Assembly: GCA_964016885.1 (NCBI GenBank) | Contig: OZ024740.1 | Span: 251,162,001 to 251,226,000 of the forward strand | Direction of reading: 5' to 3' | Length of the DNA: 64,000 nt | DNA from: Eledone cirrhosa | Lineage: Eukaryota | In this document: positions 1 to 15,000 of the stretch, in pieces | Numbering within the stretch: position 1 is the stretch's first letter | Layout: the number at the start of each line of letters is the position of its first letter | Notes under the pieces: model-generated | Told to the model about the DNA's origin: nothing | Seen by the model: only the letters and a program-made list of their open reading frames with translations | The model's database searches: none | Made by a program: the position numbers and the translations under genes

Positions 1-3000
1 TTTTGATCAAAAACCTAAAATATTCTATTTTTTGAAAAACCTAAAATAATCAATTTTTTTCTACTTTTCGAAATATTTAAAAAATTGATTTTTTTGATCA
101 AAAACCTAAAATATTCTATTTTTCGAAAAACCTAAAATAATCAATTTTTTTCTACTTTTCGAAATATTTCGAAAAACCTAAAATAATCAATTTTTTTCTA
201 CTTTTCGAAATATTTAAAAAATTGATTTTTTTGATCAAAAACCTAAAATATACTATTTTTAGAAAAACCTAAAATAATCAATTTTTTTCTACTTTTCGAA
301 ATATTTCAAAAATTGATTTTTTTGATCAAAAACCTAAAATATTCTATTTTTTGAAAAACCTAAAATAATCAATTTTTTTCTACTTTTAGAAATATTTAAA
401 AAATTGATTTTTTTGATCAAAAACCTAAAATATTTTATTTTTCGAAAAACCTAAAATAATCAATTTTTTTCTACTTTTCGAAATATTTCGAAAAACCTAA
501 AATAATCAATTTTTTTCTACTTTTCGAAATATTTAAAAAATTGATTTTTTTGATCAAAAACCTAAAATATTCTATTTTTCGAAAAACCTAAAATAATGTT
601 TTTTTCTACTTTTCGAAATATTTCGAAAAACCTAAAATAATCAATTTTTTTCTACTTTTCGAAATATTTAAAAAATTGATTTTTTTGATCAAAAACCTAA
701 AATATTCTATTTTTCAAAAAACCTAAAATAATCAATTTTTTTCTACTTTTCGAAATACTTAAAAAATTGATTTTTTTTATCAAAAACCTAAAATATTCTA
801 TTTTTTGAAAAACCTAAAATAATCAATTTTTTTCTACTTTTCGAAATATTTCAAAAATTGATTTTTTTGATCAAAAACCTAAAATATTCTATTTTTCGAA
901 AAACCTAAAATAATCAATTTTTTTCTACTTTTCGAAATATTTCAAAAATTGATTTTTTTGATCAAAAACCTAAAATATTCTATTTTTCGAAAAACCTAAA
1001 ATAATCAATTTTTTTCTACTTTTCGAAATATTTCGAAAAACCTAAAATAATCAATTTTTTTCTACTTTTCGAAATATTTAAAAAATTGATTTTTTTGATC
1101 AAAAACCTAAAATATTCTATTTTTCGAAAAACCTAAAATAATCAATTTTTTTCTACTTTTCGAAATATTTCAAAAATTGATTTTTTTGATCAAAAACCTA
1201 AAATATTCTATTTATCGAAAAACCTAAAATAATCAATTTTTTTCTACTTTTCTAAATATTTAAAAAATTGATTTTTTTGATCAAAAACCTAAAGTATTCT
1301 ATTTTTCAAAAAACCTAAAATAATCAATTTTTTTCTACTTTTCGAAATACTTAAAAAATTGATTTTTTTTATCAAAAACCTAAAATATTCTATTTTTTGA
1401 AAAACCTAAAATAATCAATTTTTTTCTACTTTTCGAAATATTTCAAAAATTGATTTTTTTGATCAAAAACCTAAAATATTCTATTTTTCGAAAAACCTAA
1501 AATAATCAATTTTTTTCTACTTTTCGAAATATTTAAAAAATTGATTTTTTTGATCAAAAACCTAAAATATTCTACTTTTCAAAAAACCTAAAATAATCAA
1601 TTTTTTTCTACTTTTAGAAATATTTAAAAAATTGATTTTTCTGATCAAAAACCTAAAATATTCTATTTATCGAAAAACCTAAAATAATCAATTTTTTTCT
1701 ATTTTTCGAAATATTTCGAAAAACCTAAAATAATCAATTTTTTTCTACTTTTCGAAATATTTAAAAAATTGTTTTTTTTGATCAAAAACCTAAAATATTT
1801 TATTTTTCGAAAAACCTAAAATAATCAATTTTTTTCTACTTTTCGAAATATTTCAAAAATTTATTTTTTTGATTAAAAACCTAAAATATTTTATTTTTCG
1901 AAAAACCTAAAATAATCAATTTTTTTCTACTTTTAGAAATATTAAAAAAATTGATTTTTTTGATCAAAAACCTAAAATATTCTATTTTTCGAAAAACCTA
2001 AAATAATCAATTTTTTTCTACTTTTAGAAATATTTAAAAAATTGATTTTTTTGATCAAAAACCTAAAATATTTTATTTTTCGAAAAACCTAAAATAATCA
2101 ATTTTTTTCTACTTTTCGAAATATTTCGAAAAACCTAAAATAATCAATTTTTTTCTACTTTTCGAAATATTTAAAAAATTGATTTTTTTGATCAAAAACC
2201 TAAAATATTCTATTTTTTGAAAAACCTAAAATAATCAATTTTTTTCTACTTTTCGAAATATTTAAAAAATTGATTTTTTTGATCAAAAACCTAAAATATT
2301 CTATTTTTCGAAAAACCTAAAATAATCAATTTTTTTCTACTTTTCGAAATATTTCGAAAAACCTAAAATAATCAATTTTTTTCTACTTTTCGAAATATTT
2401 AAAAAATTGATTTTTTTGATCAAAAACCTAAAATATACTATTTTTAGAAAAACCTAAAATAATCAATTTTTTTCTACTTTTCGAAATATTTCAAAAATTG
2501 ATTTTTTTGATCAAAAACCTAAAATATTCTATTTTTCGAAAAACCTAAAATAATCAATTTTTTTCTACTTTTAGCAATACTTAAAAAATTGATTTTTTTT
2601 ATCAAAAACCTAAAATATTCTATTTTTTGAAAAACCTAAAATAATCAATTTTTTTCTACTTTTCGAAATACTTAAAAAATTGATTTTTTTTATCAAAAAC
2701 CTAAAATATTCTATTTTTTGAAAAACCTAAAATAATCAATTTTTTTCTACTTTTCGAAATATTTCGAAAAACCTAAAATAATCAATTTTTTTCTACTTTT
2801 CGAAATATTTAAAAAATTGATTTTTTTGATCAAAAACCTAAAATATTCTATTTTTCGAAAAACCTAAAATAATCAATTTTTTTCTACTTTTCGAAATATT
2901 TCGAAAAACCTAAAATAATCAATTTTTTTCTACTTTTCGAAATATTTAAAAAATTGATTTTTTTGATCAAAAACCTAAAATATTCTACTTTTCGAAAAAC

Positions 3001-6000
3001 CTAAAATAATCAATTTTTTTCTACTTTTAGAAATATTTAAAAAATTGATTTTTCTGATCAAAAACCTAAAATATTCTATTTATCGAAAAACCTAAAATAA
3101 TCAATTTTTTTCTATTTTTCGAAATATTTCGAAAAACCTAAAATAATCAATTTTTTTCTACTTTTCGAAATATTTAAAAAATTGTTTTTTTTGATCAAAA
3201 ACCTAAAATATTTTATTTTTCGAAAAACCTAAAATAATCAATTTTTTTCTACTTTTCGAAATATTTCAAAAATTTATTTTTTTGATTAAAAACCTAAAAT
3301 ATTTTATTTTTCGAAAAACCTAAAATAATCAATTTTTTTCTACTTTTCGAAATATTTCGAAAAACCTAAAATAATCAATTTTTTTCTACTTTTCGAAATA
3401 TTTAAAAAATTGATTTTTTTGATCAAAAACCTAAAATATTCTATTTTTCAAAAAACCTAAAATAATCAATTTTTTTCTACTTTTCGAAATACTTAAAAAA
3501 TTGATTTTTTTTATCAAAAACCTAAAATATTCTATTTTTTGAAAAACCTAAAATAATCAATTTTTTTCTACTTTTCGAAATATTTTAAAAATTGATTTTT
3601 TTGATCAAAAACCTAAAATATTTTATTTTTCGAAAAACTTAAAATAATCAATTTTTTTCTAATTTTCGAAATATTTCGAAAAACCTAAAATAATCAATTT
3701 TTTTCTACTTTTCGAAATATTTAAAAAATTGATTTTTTTGATCAAAAACCTAAAATATTCTATTTTTCGAAAAACCTAAAATAATCAATTTTTTTCTACT
3801 TTTCGAAATATTTCGAAAAACCTAAAATAATCAATTTTTTTCTACTTTTCGAAATATTTAAAAAATTGATTTTTTTGATCAAAAACCTAAAATATACTAT
3901 TTTTAGAAAAACCTAAAATAATCAATTTTTTTCTACTTTTCGAAATATTTCAAAAATTGATTTTTTTGATCAAAAACCTAAAATATTCTATTTATCGAAA
4001 AACCTAAAATAATCAATTTTTTTCTACTTTTCTAAATATTTAAAAAATTGATTTTTTTGATCAAAAACCTAAAATATTCTATTTTTTGAAAAACCTAAAA
4101 TAATCAATTTTTTTCTACTTTTCGAAATACTTAAAAAATTGATTTTTTTTATCAAAAACCTAAAATATTCTATTTTTTGAAAAACCTAAAATAATCAATT
4201 TTTTTCTACTTTTCGAAATATTTCAAAAATTGATTTTTTTGATCAAAAACCTAAAATATTTTATTTTTCGAAAAACCTAAAATAATCAATTTTTTTCTAC
4301 TTTTCGAAATATTTCGAAAAACCTAAAATAATCAATTTTTTTCTACTTTTCGAAATATTTAAAAAATTGATTTTTTTGATCAAAAACCTAAAATATTCTA
4401 TTTTTCAAAAAACCTAAAATAATCAATTTTTTTCTACTTTTCGAAATACTTAAAAAATTGATTTTTTTTATCAAAAACCTAAAATATTCTATTTTTTGAA
4501 AAACCTAAAATAATCAATTTTTTTCTACTTTTCGAAATATTTCAAAAATTGATTTTTTTGATCAAAAACCTAAAATATTATCGAAATATTATCAAAAACC
4601 TAAAATATATCGAAAAACCTAAAATAATCAATTTTTTTCTATTTTTCGAAATATTTCGAAAAACCTAAAATAATCAATTTTTTTCTACTTTTCGAAATAT
4701 TTAAAAAATTGTTTTTTTTGATCAAAAACCTAAAATATTTTATTTTTCGAAAAACCTAAAATAATCATTTTTTTCTACTTTTCGAAATATTTCAAAAATT
4801 TATTTTTTTGATTAAAAACCTAAAATATTTTATTTTTCGAAAAACCTAAAATAATCAATTTTTTTCTACTTTTCGAAATATTTCGAAAAACCTAAAATAA
4901 TCAATTTTTTTCTACTTTTCGAAATATTTAAAAAATTGATTTTTTTGATCAAAAACCTAAAATATTCTATTTTTCAAAAAACCTAAAATAATCAATTTTT
5001 TTCTACTTTTCGAAATACTTAAAAAATTGATTTTTTTTATCAAAAACCTAAAATATTCTATTTTTTGAAAAACCTAAAATAATCAATTTTTTTCTACTTT
5101 TCGAAATATTTTAAAAATTGATTTTTTTGATCAAAAACCTAAAATATTTTATTTTTCGAAAAACCTAAAATAATCATTTTTTTCTACTTTTCGAAATATT
5201 TCAAAAATTTATTTTTTTGATTAAAAACCTAAAATATTTTATTTTTCGAAAAACCTAAAATAATCAATTTTTTTCTACTTTTCGAAATATTTAAAAAATT
5301 GATTTTTTTGATCAAAAACCTAAAATATTCTATTTTTCGAAAAACCTAAAATAATCAATTTTTTTCTACTTTTCGAAATATTTCGAAAAACCTAAAATAA
5401 TCAATTTTTTTCTACTTTTCGAAATATTTAAAAAATTGATTTTTTTGATCAAAAACCTAAAATATACTATTTTTAGAAAAACCTAAAATAATCAATTTTT
5501 TTCTACTTTTCGAAATATTTCAAAAATTGATTTTTTTGATCAAAAACCTAAAATATTCTATTTATCGAAAAACCTAAAATAATCAATTTTTTTCTACTTT
5601 TCTAAATATTTAAAAAATTGATTTTTTTGATCAAAAACCTAAAATATTCTATTTTTTGAAAAACCTAAAATAATCAATTTTTTTCTACTTTTCGAAATAC
5701 TTAAAAAATTGATTTTTTTTATCAAAAACCTAAAATATTCTATTTTTTGAAAAACCTAAAATAATCAATTTTTTTCTACTTTTCGAAATATTTCAAAAAT
5801 TGATTTTTTTGATCAAAAACCTAAAATATTTTATTTTTCGAAAAACCTAAAATAATCAATTTTTTTCTACTTTTCGAAATATTTCGAAAAACCTAAAATA
5901 ATCAATTTTTTTCTACTTTTCGAAATATTTAAAAAATTGATTTTTTTGATCAAAAACCTAAAATATTCTATTTTTCAAAAAACCTAAAATAATCAATTTT

Positions 6001-9000
6001 TTTCTACTTTTCGAAATACTTAAAAAATTGATTTTTTTTATCAAAAACCTAAAATATTCTATTTTTTGAAAAACCTAAAATAATCAATTTTTTTCTACTT
6101 TTCGAAATATTTCAAAAATTGATTTTTTTGATCAAAAACCTAAAATATTATCGAAATATTATCAAAAACCTAAAATATATCGAAAAACCTAAAATAATCA
6201 ATTTTTTTCTATTTTTCGAAATATTTCGAAAAACCTAAAATAATCAATTTTTTTCTACTTTTCGAAATATTTAAAAAATTGTTTTTTTTGATCAAAAACC
6301 TAAAATATTTTATTTTTCGAAAAACCTAAAATAATCATTTTTTTCTACTTTTCGAAATATTTCAAAAATTTATTTTTTTGATTAAAAACCTAAAATATTT
6401 TATTTTTCGAAAAACCTAAAATAATCAATTTTTTTCTACTTTTCGAAATATTTCGAAAAACCTAAAATAATCAATTTTTTTCTACTTTTCGAAATATTTA
6501 AAAAATTGATTTTTTTGATCAAAAACCTAAAATATTTTATTTTTCGAAAAACCTAAAATAATCAATTTTTTTCTACTTTTCGAAATATTTAAAAAATTGA
6601 TTTTTTTGATCAAAAACCTAAAATATTCTATTTTTCGAAAAACCTAAAATAATCAATTTTTTTCTACTTCTCGAAATAATTCGAAAAACCTAAAATAATC
6701 AATTTTTTTCTACTTTTAGAAATATTTAAAAAATTGATCTTTTTGATTAAAAACCTAAAATATTCTATTTTTCGAAAAACCTAAAATAATCAGTTTTTTT
6801 CTACTTTTCGAAATATTTCGAAAAACCTAAAATAATCAATTTTTTTCTACTTTTCGAAATATTTAAAAAAATTGATTTTTTTGATCTAAAATAATCAATT
6901 TTTTTGACCTAAAATAATCAATTTTTTTCTACTTTTCGAAATATTTAAAAAATTGATTTTTTTGATCAAAAACCTAAAATATTCACTTTTTCGAAAAACC
7001 TAAAATAATCAATTTTTTTCTACTTTTCGAAATAATTCGAAAAACCTAATATAATCAATTTTTTTCTACTTTTCGAAATAATTCGAAAAACCTAAAATAA
7101 TCAATTTTTTTCTACTTTTCGAAATATTTAAAAAATTGATTTTTTTGATCAAAAACCTGAAATATTCTATTTTTCGAAAAACCTAAAATAATCAATTTTT
7201 TTCTATTTTTCGAAATATTTAAAAAATTGATTTTTTTGATCAAAAACCTAAAATATTCTATTTTTCGAAAAACCTAAAATGATCAATTTTTTTCTACTTT
7301 TCGAAATATTTAAAAAATTGATTTTTTTGATCAAAAACCTAAAATATTCACTTTTTCGAAAAACCTAAAATAATCAATTTTTTTCTACTTTTCGAAATAA
7401 TTCGAAAAACCTAATATAATCAATTTTTTTCTACTTTTCGAAATAATTCGAAAAACCTAAAATAATCAATTTTTTTCTACTTTTCGAAATATTTAAAAAA
7501 TTGATTTTTTTGATCAAAAACCTAAAATATTCTATTTTTCGAAAAACCTAAAATAATCAATTTTTTTCTACTTTTCGAAATATTTCGAAAAACCTAAAAT
7601 AATCAATTTTTTTCTACTTTTCGAAATATTTAAAAAATTGATTTTTTTGATCAAAAACCTAAAATATTCTACTTTTCGAAAAACCTAAAATAATCAATTT
7701 TTTTCTACTTTTAGAAATATTTAAAAAATTGATTTTTCTGATCAAAAACCTAAAATATTCTATTTATCGAAAAACCTAAAATAATCAATTTTTTTCTATT
7801 TTTCGAAATATTTCGAAAAACCTAAAATAATCAATTTTTTTCTACTTTTCGAAATATTTAAAAAATTGTTTTTTTTGATCAAAAACCTAAAATATTTTAT
7901 TTTTCGAAAAACCTAAAATAATCAATTTTTTTCTACTTTTCGAAATATTTCAAAAATTTATTTTTTTGATTAAAAACCTAAAATATTTTATTTTTCGAAA
8001 AACCTAAAATAATCAATTTTTTTCTACTTTTCGAAATATTTCGAAAAACCTAAAATAATCAATTTTTTTCTACTTTTCGAAATATTTAAAAAATTGATTT
8101 TTTTGATCAAAAACCTAAAATATTCTATTTTTCAAAAAACCTAAAATAATCAATTTTTTTCTACTTTTCGAAATACTTAAAAAATTGATTTTTTTTATCA
8201 AAAACCTAAAATATTCTATTTTTTGAAAAACCTAAAATAATCAATTTTTTTCTACTTTTCGAAATATTTTAAAAATTGATTTTTTTGATCAAAAACCTAA
8301 AATATTTTATTTTTCGAAAAACTTAAAATAATCAATTTTTTTCTAATTTTCGAAATATTTCGAAAAACCTAAAATAATCAATTTTTTTCTACTTTTCGAA
8401 ATATTTAAAAAATTGATTTTTTTGATCAAAAACCTAAAATATTCTATTTTTCGAAAAACCTAAAATAATCAATTTTTTTCTACTTTTCGAAATATTTCGA
8501 AAAACCTAAAATAATCAATTTTTTTCTACTTTTCGAAATATTTAAAAAATTGATTTTTTTGATCAAAAACCTAAAATATACTATTTTTAGAAAAACCTAA
8601 AATAATCAATTTTTTTCTACTTTTCGAAATATTTCAAAAATTGTTTTTTTTGATCAAAAACCTAAAATATTTTATTTTTCGAAAAACCTAAAATAATCAT
8701 TTTTTTCTACTTTTCGAAATATTTCAAAAATTGATTTTTTTGATTAAAAACCTAAAATATTTTATTTTTCGAAAAACCTAAAATAATCAATTTTTTTCTA
8801 CTTTTCGAAATATTTCGAAAAACCTAAAATAATCAATTTTTTTCTACTTTTCGAAATATTTAAAAAATTGATTTTTTTGATCAAAAACCTAAAATATTTT
8901 ATTTTTCGAAAAACCTAAAATAATCAATTTTTTTCTACTTTTCGAAATATTTAAAAAATTGATTTTTTTGATCAAAAACCTAAAATATTCTATTTTTCGA

Positions 9001-12000
9001 AAAACCTAAAATAATCAATTTTTTTCTACTTCTCGAAATAATTCGAAAAACCTAAAATAATCAATTTTTTTCTACTTTTAGAAATATTTAAAAAATTGAT
9101 CTTTTTGATTAAAAACCTAAAATATTCTATTTTTCGAAAAACCTAAAATAATCAGTTTTTTTCTACTTTTCGAAATATTTCGAAAAACCTAAAATAATCA
9201 ATTTTTTTCTACTTTTCGAAATATTTAAAAAAATTGATTTTTTTGATCTAAAATAATCAATTTTTTTGACCTAAAATAATCAATTTTTTTCTACTTTTCG
9301 AAATATTTAAAAAATTGATTTTTTTGATCAAAAACCTAAAATATTCACTTTTTCGAAAAACCTAAAATAATCAATTTTTTTCTACTTTTCGAAATAATTC
9401 GAAAAACCTAATATAATCAATTTTTTTCTACTTTTCGAAATAATTCGAAAAACCTAAAATAATCAATTTTTTTCTACTTTTCGAAATATTTAAAAAATTG
9501 ATTTTTTTGATCAAAAACCTGAAATATTCTATTTTTCGAAAAACCTAAAATAATCAATTTTTTTCTATTTTTCGAAATATTTAAAAAATTGATTTTTTTG
9601 ATCAAAAACCTAAAATATTCTATTTTTCGAAAAACCTAAAATGATCAATTTTTTTCTACTTTTCGAAATATTTAAAAAATTGATTTTTTTGATCAAAAAC
9701 CTAAAATATTCACTTTTTCGAAAAACCTAAAATAATCAATTTTTTTCTACTTTTCGAAATAATTCGAAAAACCTAATATAATCAATTTTTTTCTACTTTT
9801 CGAAATAATTCGAAAAACCTAAAATAATCAATTTTTTTCTACTTTTCGAAATATTTAAAAAATTGATTTTTTTGATCAAAAACCTAAAATATTCTATTTT
9901 TCGAAAAACCTAAAATAATCAATTTTTTTCTACTTTTCGAAATATTTCGAAAAACCTAAAATAATCAATTTTTTTCTACTTTTCGAAATATTTAAAAAAT
10001 TGATTTTTTTGATCAAAAACCTAAAATATTCTACTTTTCGAAAAACCTAAAATAATCAATTTTTTTCTACTTTTAGAAATATTTAAAAAATTGATTTTTC
10101 TGATCAAAAACCTAAAATATTCTATTTATCGAAAAACCTAAAATAATCAATTTTTTTCTATTTTTCGAAATATTTCGAAAAACCTAAAATAATCAATTTT
10201 TTTCTACTTTTCGAAATATTTAAAAAATTGTTTTTTTTGATCAAAAACCTAAAATATTTTATTTTTCGAAAAACCTAAAATAATCAATTTTTTTCTACTT
10301 TTCGAAATATTTCAAAAATTTATTTTTTTGATTAAAAACCTAAAATATTTTATTTTTCGAAAAACCTAAAATAATCAATTTTTTTCTACTTTTCGAAATA
10401 TTTCGAAAAACCTAAAATAATCAATTTTTTTCTACTTTTCGAAATATTTAAAAAATTGATTTTTTTGATCAAAAACCTAAAATATTCTATTTTTCAAAAA
10501 ACCTAAAATAATCAATTTTTTTCTACTTTTCGAAATACTTAAAAAATTGATTTTTTTTATCAAAAACCTAAAATATTCTATTTTTTGAAAAACCTAAAAT
10601 AATCAATTTTTTTCTACTTTTCGAAATATTTTAAAAATTGATTTTTTTGATCAAAAACCTAAAATATTTTATTTTTCGAAAAACTTAAAATAATCAATTT
10701 TTTTCTAATTTTCGAAATATTTCGAAAAACCTAAAATAATCAATTTTTTTCTACTTTTCGAAATATTTAAAAAATTGATTTTTTTGATCAAAAACCTAAA
10801 ATATTCTATTTTTCGAAAAACCTAAAATAATCAATTTTTTTCTACTTTTCGAAATATTTCGAAAAACCTAAAATAATCAATTTTTTTCTACTTTTCGAAA
10901 TATTTAAAAAATTGATTTTTTTGATCAAAAACCTAAAATATACTATTTTTAGAAAAACCTAAAATAATCAATTTTTTTCTACTTTTCGAAATATTTCAAA
11001 AATTGATTTTTTTGATCAAAAACCTAAAATATTCTATTTATCGAAAAACCTAAAATAATCAATTTTTTTCTACTTTTCTAAATATTTAAAAAATTGATTT
11101 TTTTGATCAAAAACCTAAAATATTCTATTTTTTGAAAAACCTAAAATAATCAATTTTTTTCTACTTTTCGAAATACTTAAAAAATTGATTTTTTTTATCA
11201 AAAACCTAAAATATTCTATTTTTTGAAAAACCTAAAATAATCAATTTTTTTCTACTTTTCGAAATATTTCAAAAATTGATTTTTTTGATCAAAAACCTAA
11301 AATATTTTATTTTTCGAAAAACCTAAAATAATCAATTTTTTTCTACTTTTCGAAATATTTCGAAAAACCTAAAATAATCAATTTTTTTCTACTTTTCGAA
11401 ATATTTAAAAAATTGATTTTTTTGATCAAAAACCTAAAATATTCTATTTTTCAAAAAACCTAAAATAATCAATTTTTTTCTACTTTTCGAAATACTTAAA
11501 AAATTGATTTTTTTTATCAAAAACCTAAAATATTCTATTTTTTGAAAAACCTAAAATAATCAATTTTTTTCTACTTTTCGAAATATTTCAAAAATTGATT
11601 TTTTTGATCAAAAACCTAAAATATTATCGAAATATTATCAAAAACCTAAAATATATCGAAAAACCTAAAATAATCAATTTTTTTCTATTTTTCGAAATAT
11701 TTCGAAAAACCTAAAATAATCAATTTTTTTCTACTTTTCGAAATATTTAAAAAATTGTTTTTTTTGATCAAAAACCTAAAATATTTTATTTTTCGAAAAA
11801 CCTAAAATAATCATTTTTTTCTACTTTTCGAAATATTTCAAAAATTTATTTTTTTGATTAAAAACCTAAAATATTTTATTTTTCGAAAAACCTAAAATAA
11901 TCAATTTTTTTCTACTTTTCGAAATATTTCGAAAAACCTAAAATAATCAATTTTTTTCTACTTTTCGAAATATTTAAAAAATTGATTTTTTTGATCAAAA

Positions 12001-15000
12001 ACCTAAAATATTCTATTTTTCAAAAAACCTAAAATAATCAATTTTTTTCTACTTTTCGAAATACTTAAAAAATTGATTTTTTTTATCAAAAACCTAAAAT
12101 ATTCTATTTTTTGAAAAACCTAAAATAATCAATTTTTTTCTACTTTTCGAAATATTTTAAAAATTGATTTTTTTGATCAAAAACCTAAAATATTTTATTT
12201 TTCGAAAAACCTAAAATAATCATTTTTTTCTACTTTTCGAAATATTTCAAAAATTTATTTTTTTGATTAAAAACCTAAAATATTTTATTTTTCGAAAAAC
12301 CTAAAATAATCAATTTTTTTCTACTTTTCGAAATATTTAAAAAATTGATTTTTTTGATCAAAAACCTAAAATATTCTATTTTTCGAAAAACCTAAAATAA
12401 TCAATTTTTTTCTACTTTTCGAAATAATTCGAAAAACCTAAAATAATCAATTTTTTTCTACTTTTCGAAATATTTCGAAAAACCTAAAATAATCAATTTT
12501 TTTCTACTTTTCGAAATATTTAAAATATTGATTTTTTTGATCAAAAACCTAAAATATTCTATTTTTCGAAAAACCTAAAATAATCAATTTTTTTCTACTT
12601 TTCGAAATATTTAAAAAATTGATTTTTTTGATCAAAAACCTAAAATATTCTATTTTTCAAAAAACCTAAAATAATCAATTTTTTTCTACTTTTCGAAATA
12701 CTTAAAAAATTGATTTTTTTTATCAAAAACCTAAAATATTCTATTTTTTGAAAAACCTAAAATAATCAATTTTTTTCTACTTTTCGAAATATTTCAAAAA
12801 TTGATTTTTTTGATCAAAAACCTAAAATATTATCGAAATATTATCAAAAACCTAAAATATATCGAAAAACCTAAAATAATCAATTTTTTTCTATTTTTCG
12901 AAATATTTCGAAAAACCTAAAATAATCAATTTTTTTCTACTTTTCGAAATATTTAAAAAATTGTTTTTTTTGATCAAAAACCTAAAATATTTTATTTTTC
13001 GAAAAACCTAAAATAATCATTTTTTTCTACTTTTCGAAATATTTCAAAAATTTATTTTTTTGATTAAAAACCTAAAATATTTTATTTTTCGAAAAACCTA
13101 AAATAATCAATTTTTTTCTACTTTTCGAAATATTTAAAAAATTGATTTTTTTGATCAAAAACCTAAAATATTCTATTTTTCGAAAAACCTAAAATAATCA
13201 ATTTTTTTCTACTTTTCGAAATAATTCGAAAAACCTAAAATAATCAATTTTTTTCTACTTTTCGAAATACTTAAAAAATTGATTTTTTTTATCAAAAACC
13301 TAAAATATTCTATTTTTTGAAAAACCTAAAATAATCAATTTTTTTCTACTTTTCGAAATATTTCGAAAAACCTAAAATAATCAATTTTTTTCTACTTTTC
13401 GAAATATTTAAAATATTGATTTTTTTGATCAAAAACCTAAAATATTCTATTTTTCGAAAAACCTAAAATAATCAATTTTTTTCTACTTTTCGAAATATTT
13501 CGAAAAACCTAAAATAATCAATTTTTTTCTACTTTTCGAAATATTTAAAAAATTGATTTTTTTGATCAAAAACCTAAAATATTCTACTTTTCGAAAAACC
13601 TAAAATAATCAATTTTTTTCTACTTTTAGAAATATTTAAAAAATTGATTTTTCTGATCAAAAACCTAAAATATTCTATTTATCGAAAAACCTAAAATAAT
13701 CAATTTTTTTCTATTTTTCGAAATATTTCGAAAAACCTAAAATAATCAATTTTTTTCTACTTTTCGAAATATTTCAAAAATTTATTTTTTTGATTAAAAA
13801 CCTAAAATATTTTATTTTTCGAAAAACCTAAAATAATCAATTTTTTTCTACTTTTCGAAATATTTCGAAAAACCTAAAATAATCAATTTTTTTCTACTTT
13901 TCGAAATATTTAAAAAATTGATTTTTTTGATCAAAAACCTAAAATATTCTATTTTTCAAAAAACCTAAAATAATCAATTTTTTTCTACTTTTCGAAATAC
14001 TTAAAAAATTGATTTTTTTTATCAAAAACCTAAAATATTCTATTTTTTGAAAAACCTAAAATAATCAATTTTTTTCTACTTTTCGAAATATTTTAAAAAT
14101 TGATTTTTTTGATCAAAAGCCTAAAATATTTTATTTTTCGAAAAACCTAAAATAATCAATTTTTTTCCAATTTTCGAAATATTCAAAAAATTGATTTTTT
14201 TGATCAAAAACCTAAAATATTCTATTTTTCGAAAGACCTAAAATAATCAATTTTTTTCTACTTTTCGAAATATTTTGAAAAACCTAAAATAATCAATTTT
14301 TTTCTACTTTTCGAAATACTTAAAAAATTGATTTTTTTTATCAAAAACCTAAAATATTCTATTTTACGAAAAACCTAAAATAATCAATTTTTTTCTACTT
14401 TTCGAAATATTTAAAAAATTGATTTTTTTGATCAAAAACCTAAAATATTTTATTTTTCGAAAAACCTAAAATAATCAATTTTTTTCTACTTTTCGAAATA
14501 TTTAAAAAATTGATTTTTTTGATCAAAAACCTAAAATATTCTATTTTTCGAAAAACCTAAAATAATCAATTTTTTTCTACTTCTCGAAATAATTCGAAAA
14601 ACCTAAAATAATCAATTTTTTTCTACTTTTAGAAATATTTAAAAAATTGATCTTTTTGATTAAAAACCTAAAATATTCTATTTTTCGAAAAACCTAAAAT
14701 AATCAGTTTTTTTCTACTTTTCGAAATATTTCGAAAAACCTAAAATAATCAATTTTTTTCTACTTTTCGAAATATTTAAAAAAATTGATTTTTTTGATCT
14801 AAAATAATCAATTTTTTTGACCTAAAATAATCAATTTTTTTCTACTTTTCGAAATATTTAAAAAATTGATTTTTTTGATCAAAAACCTAAAATATTCACT
14901 TTTTCGAAAAACCTAAAATAATCAATTTTTTTCTACTTTTCGAAATAATTCGAAAAACCTAATATAATCAATTTTTTTCTACTTTTCGAAATAATTCGAA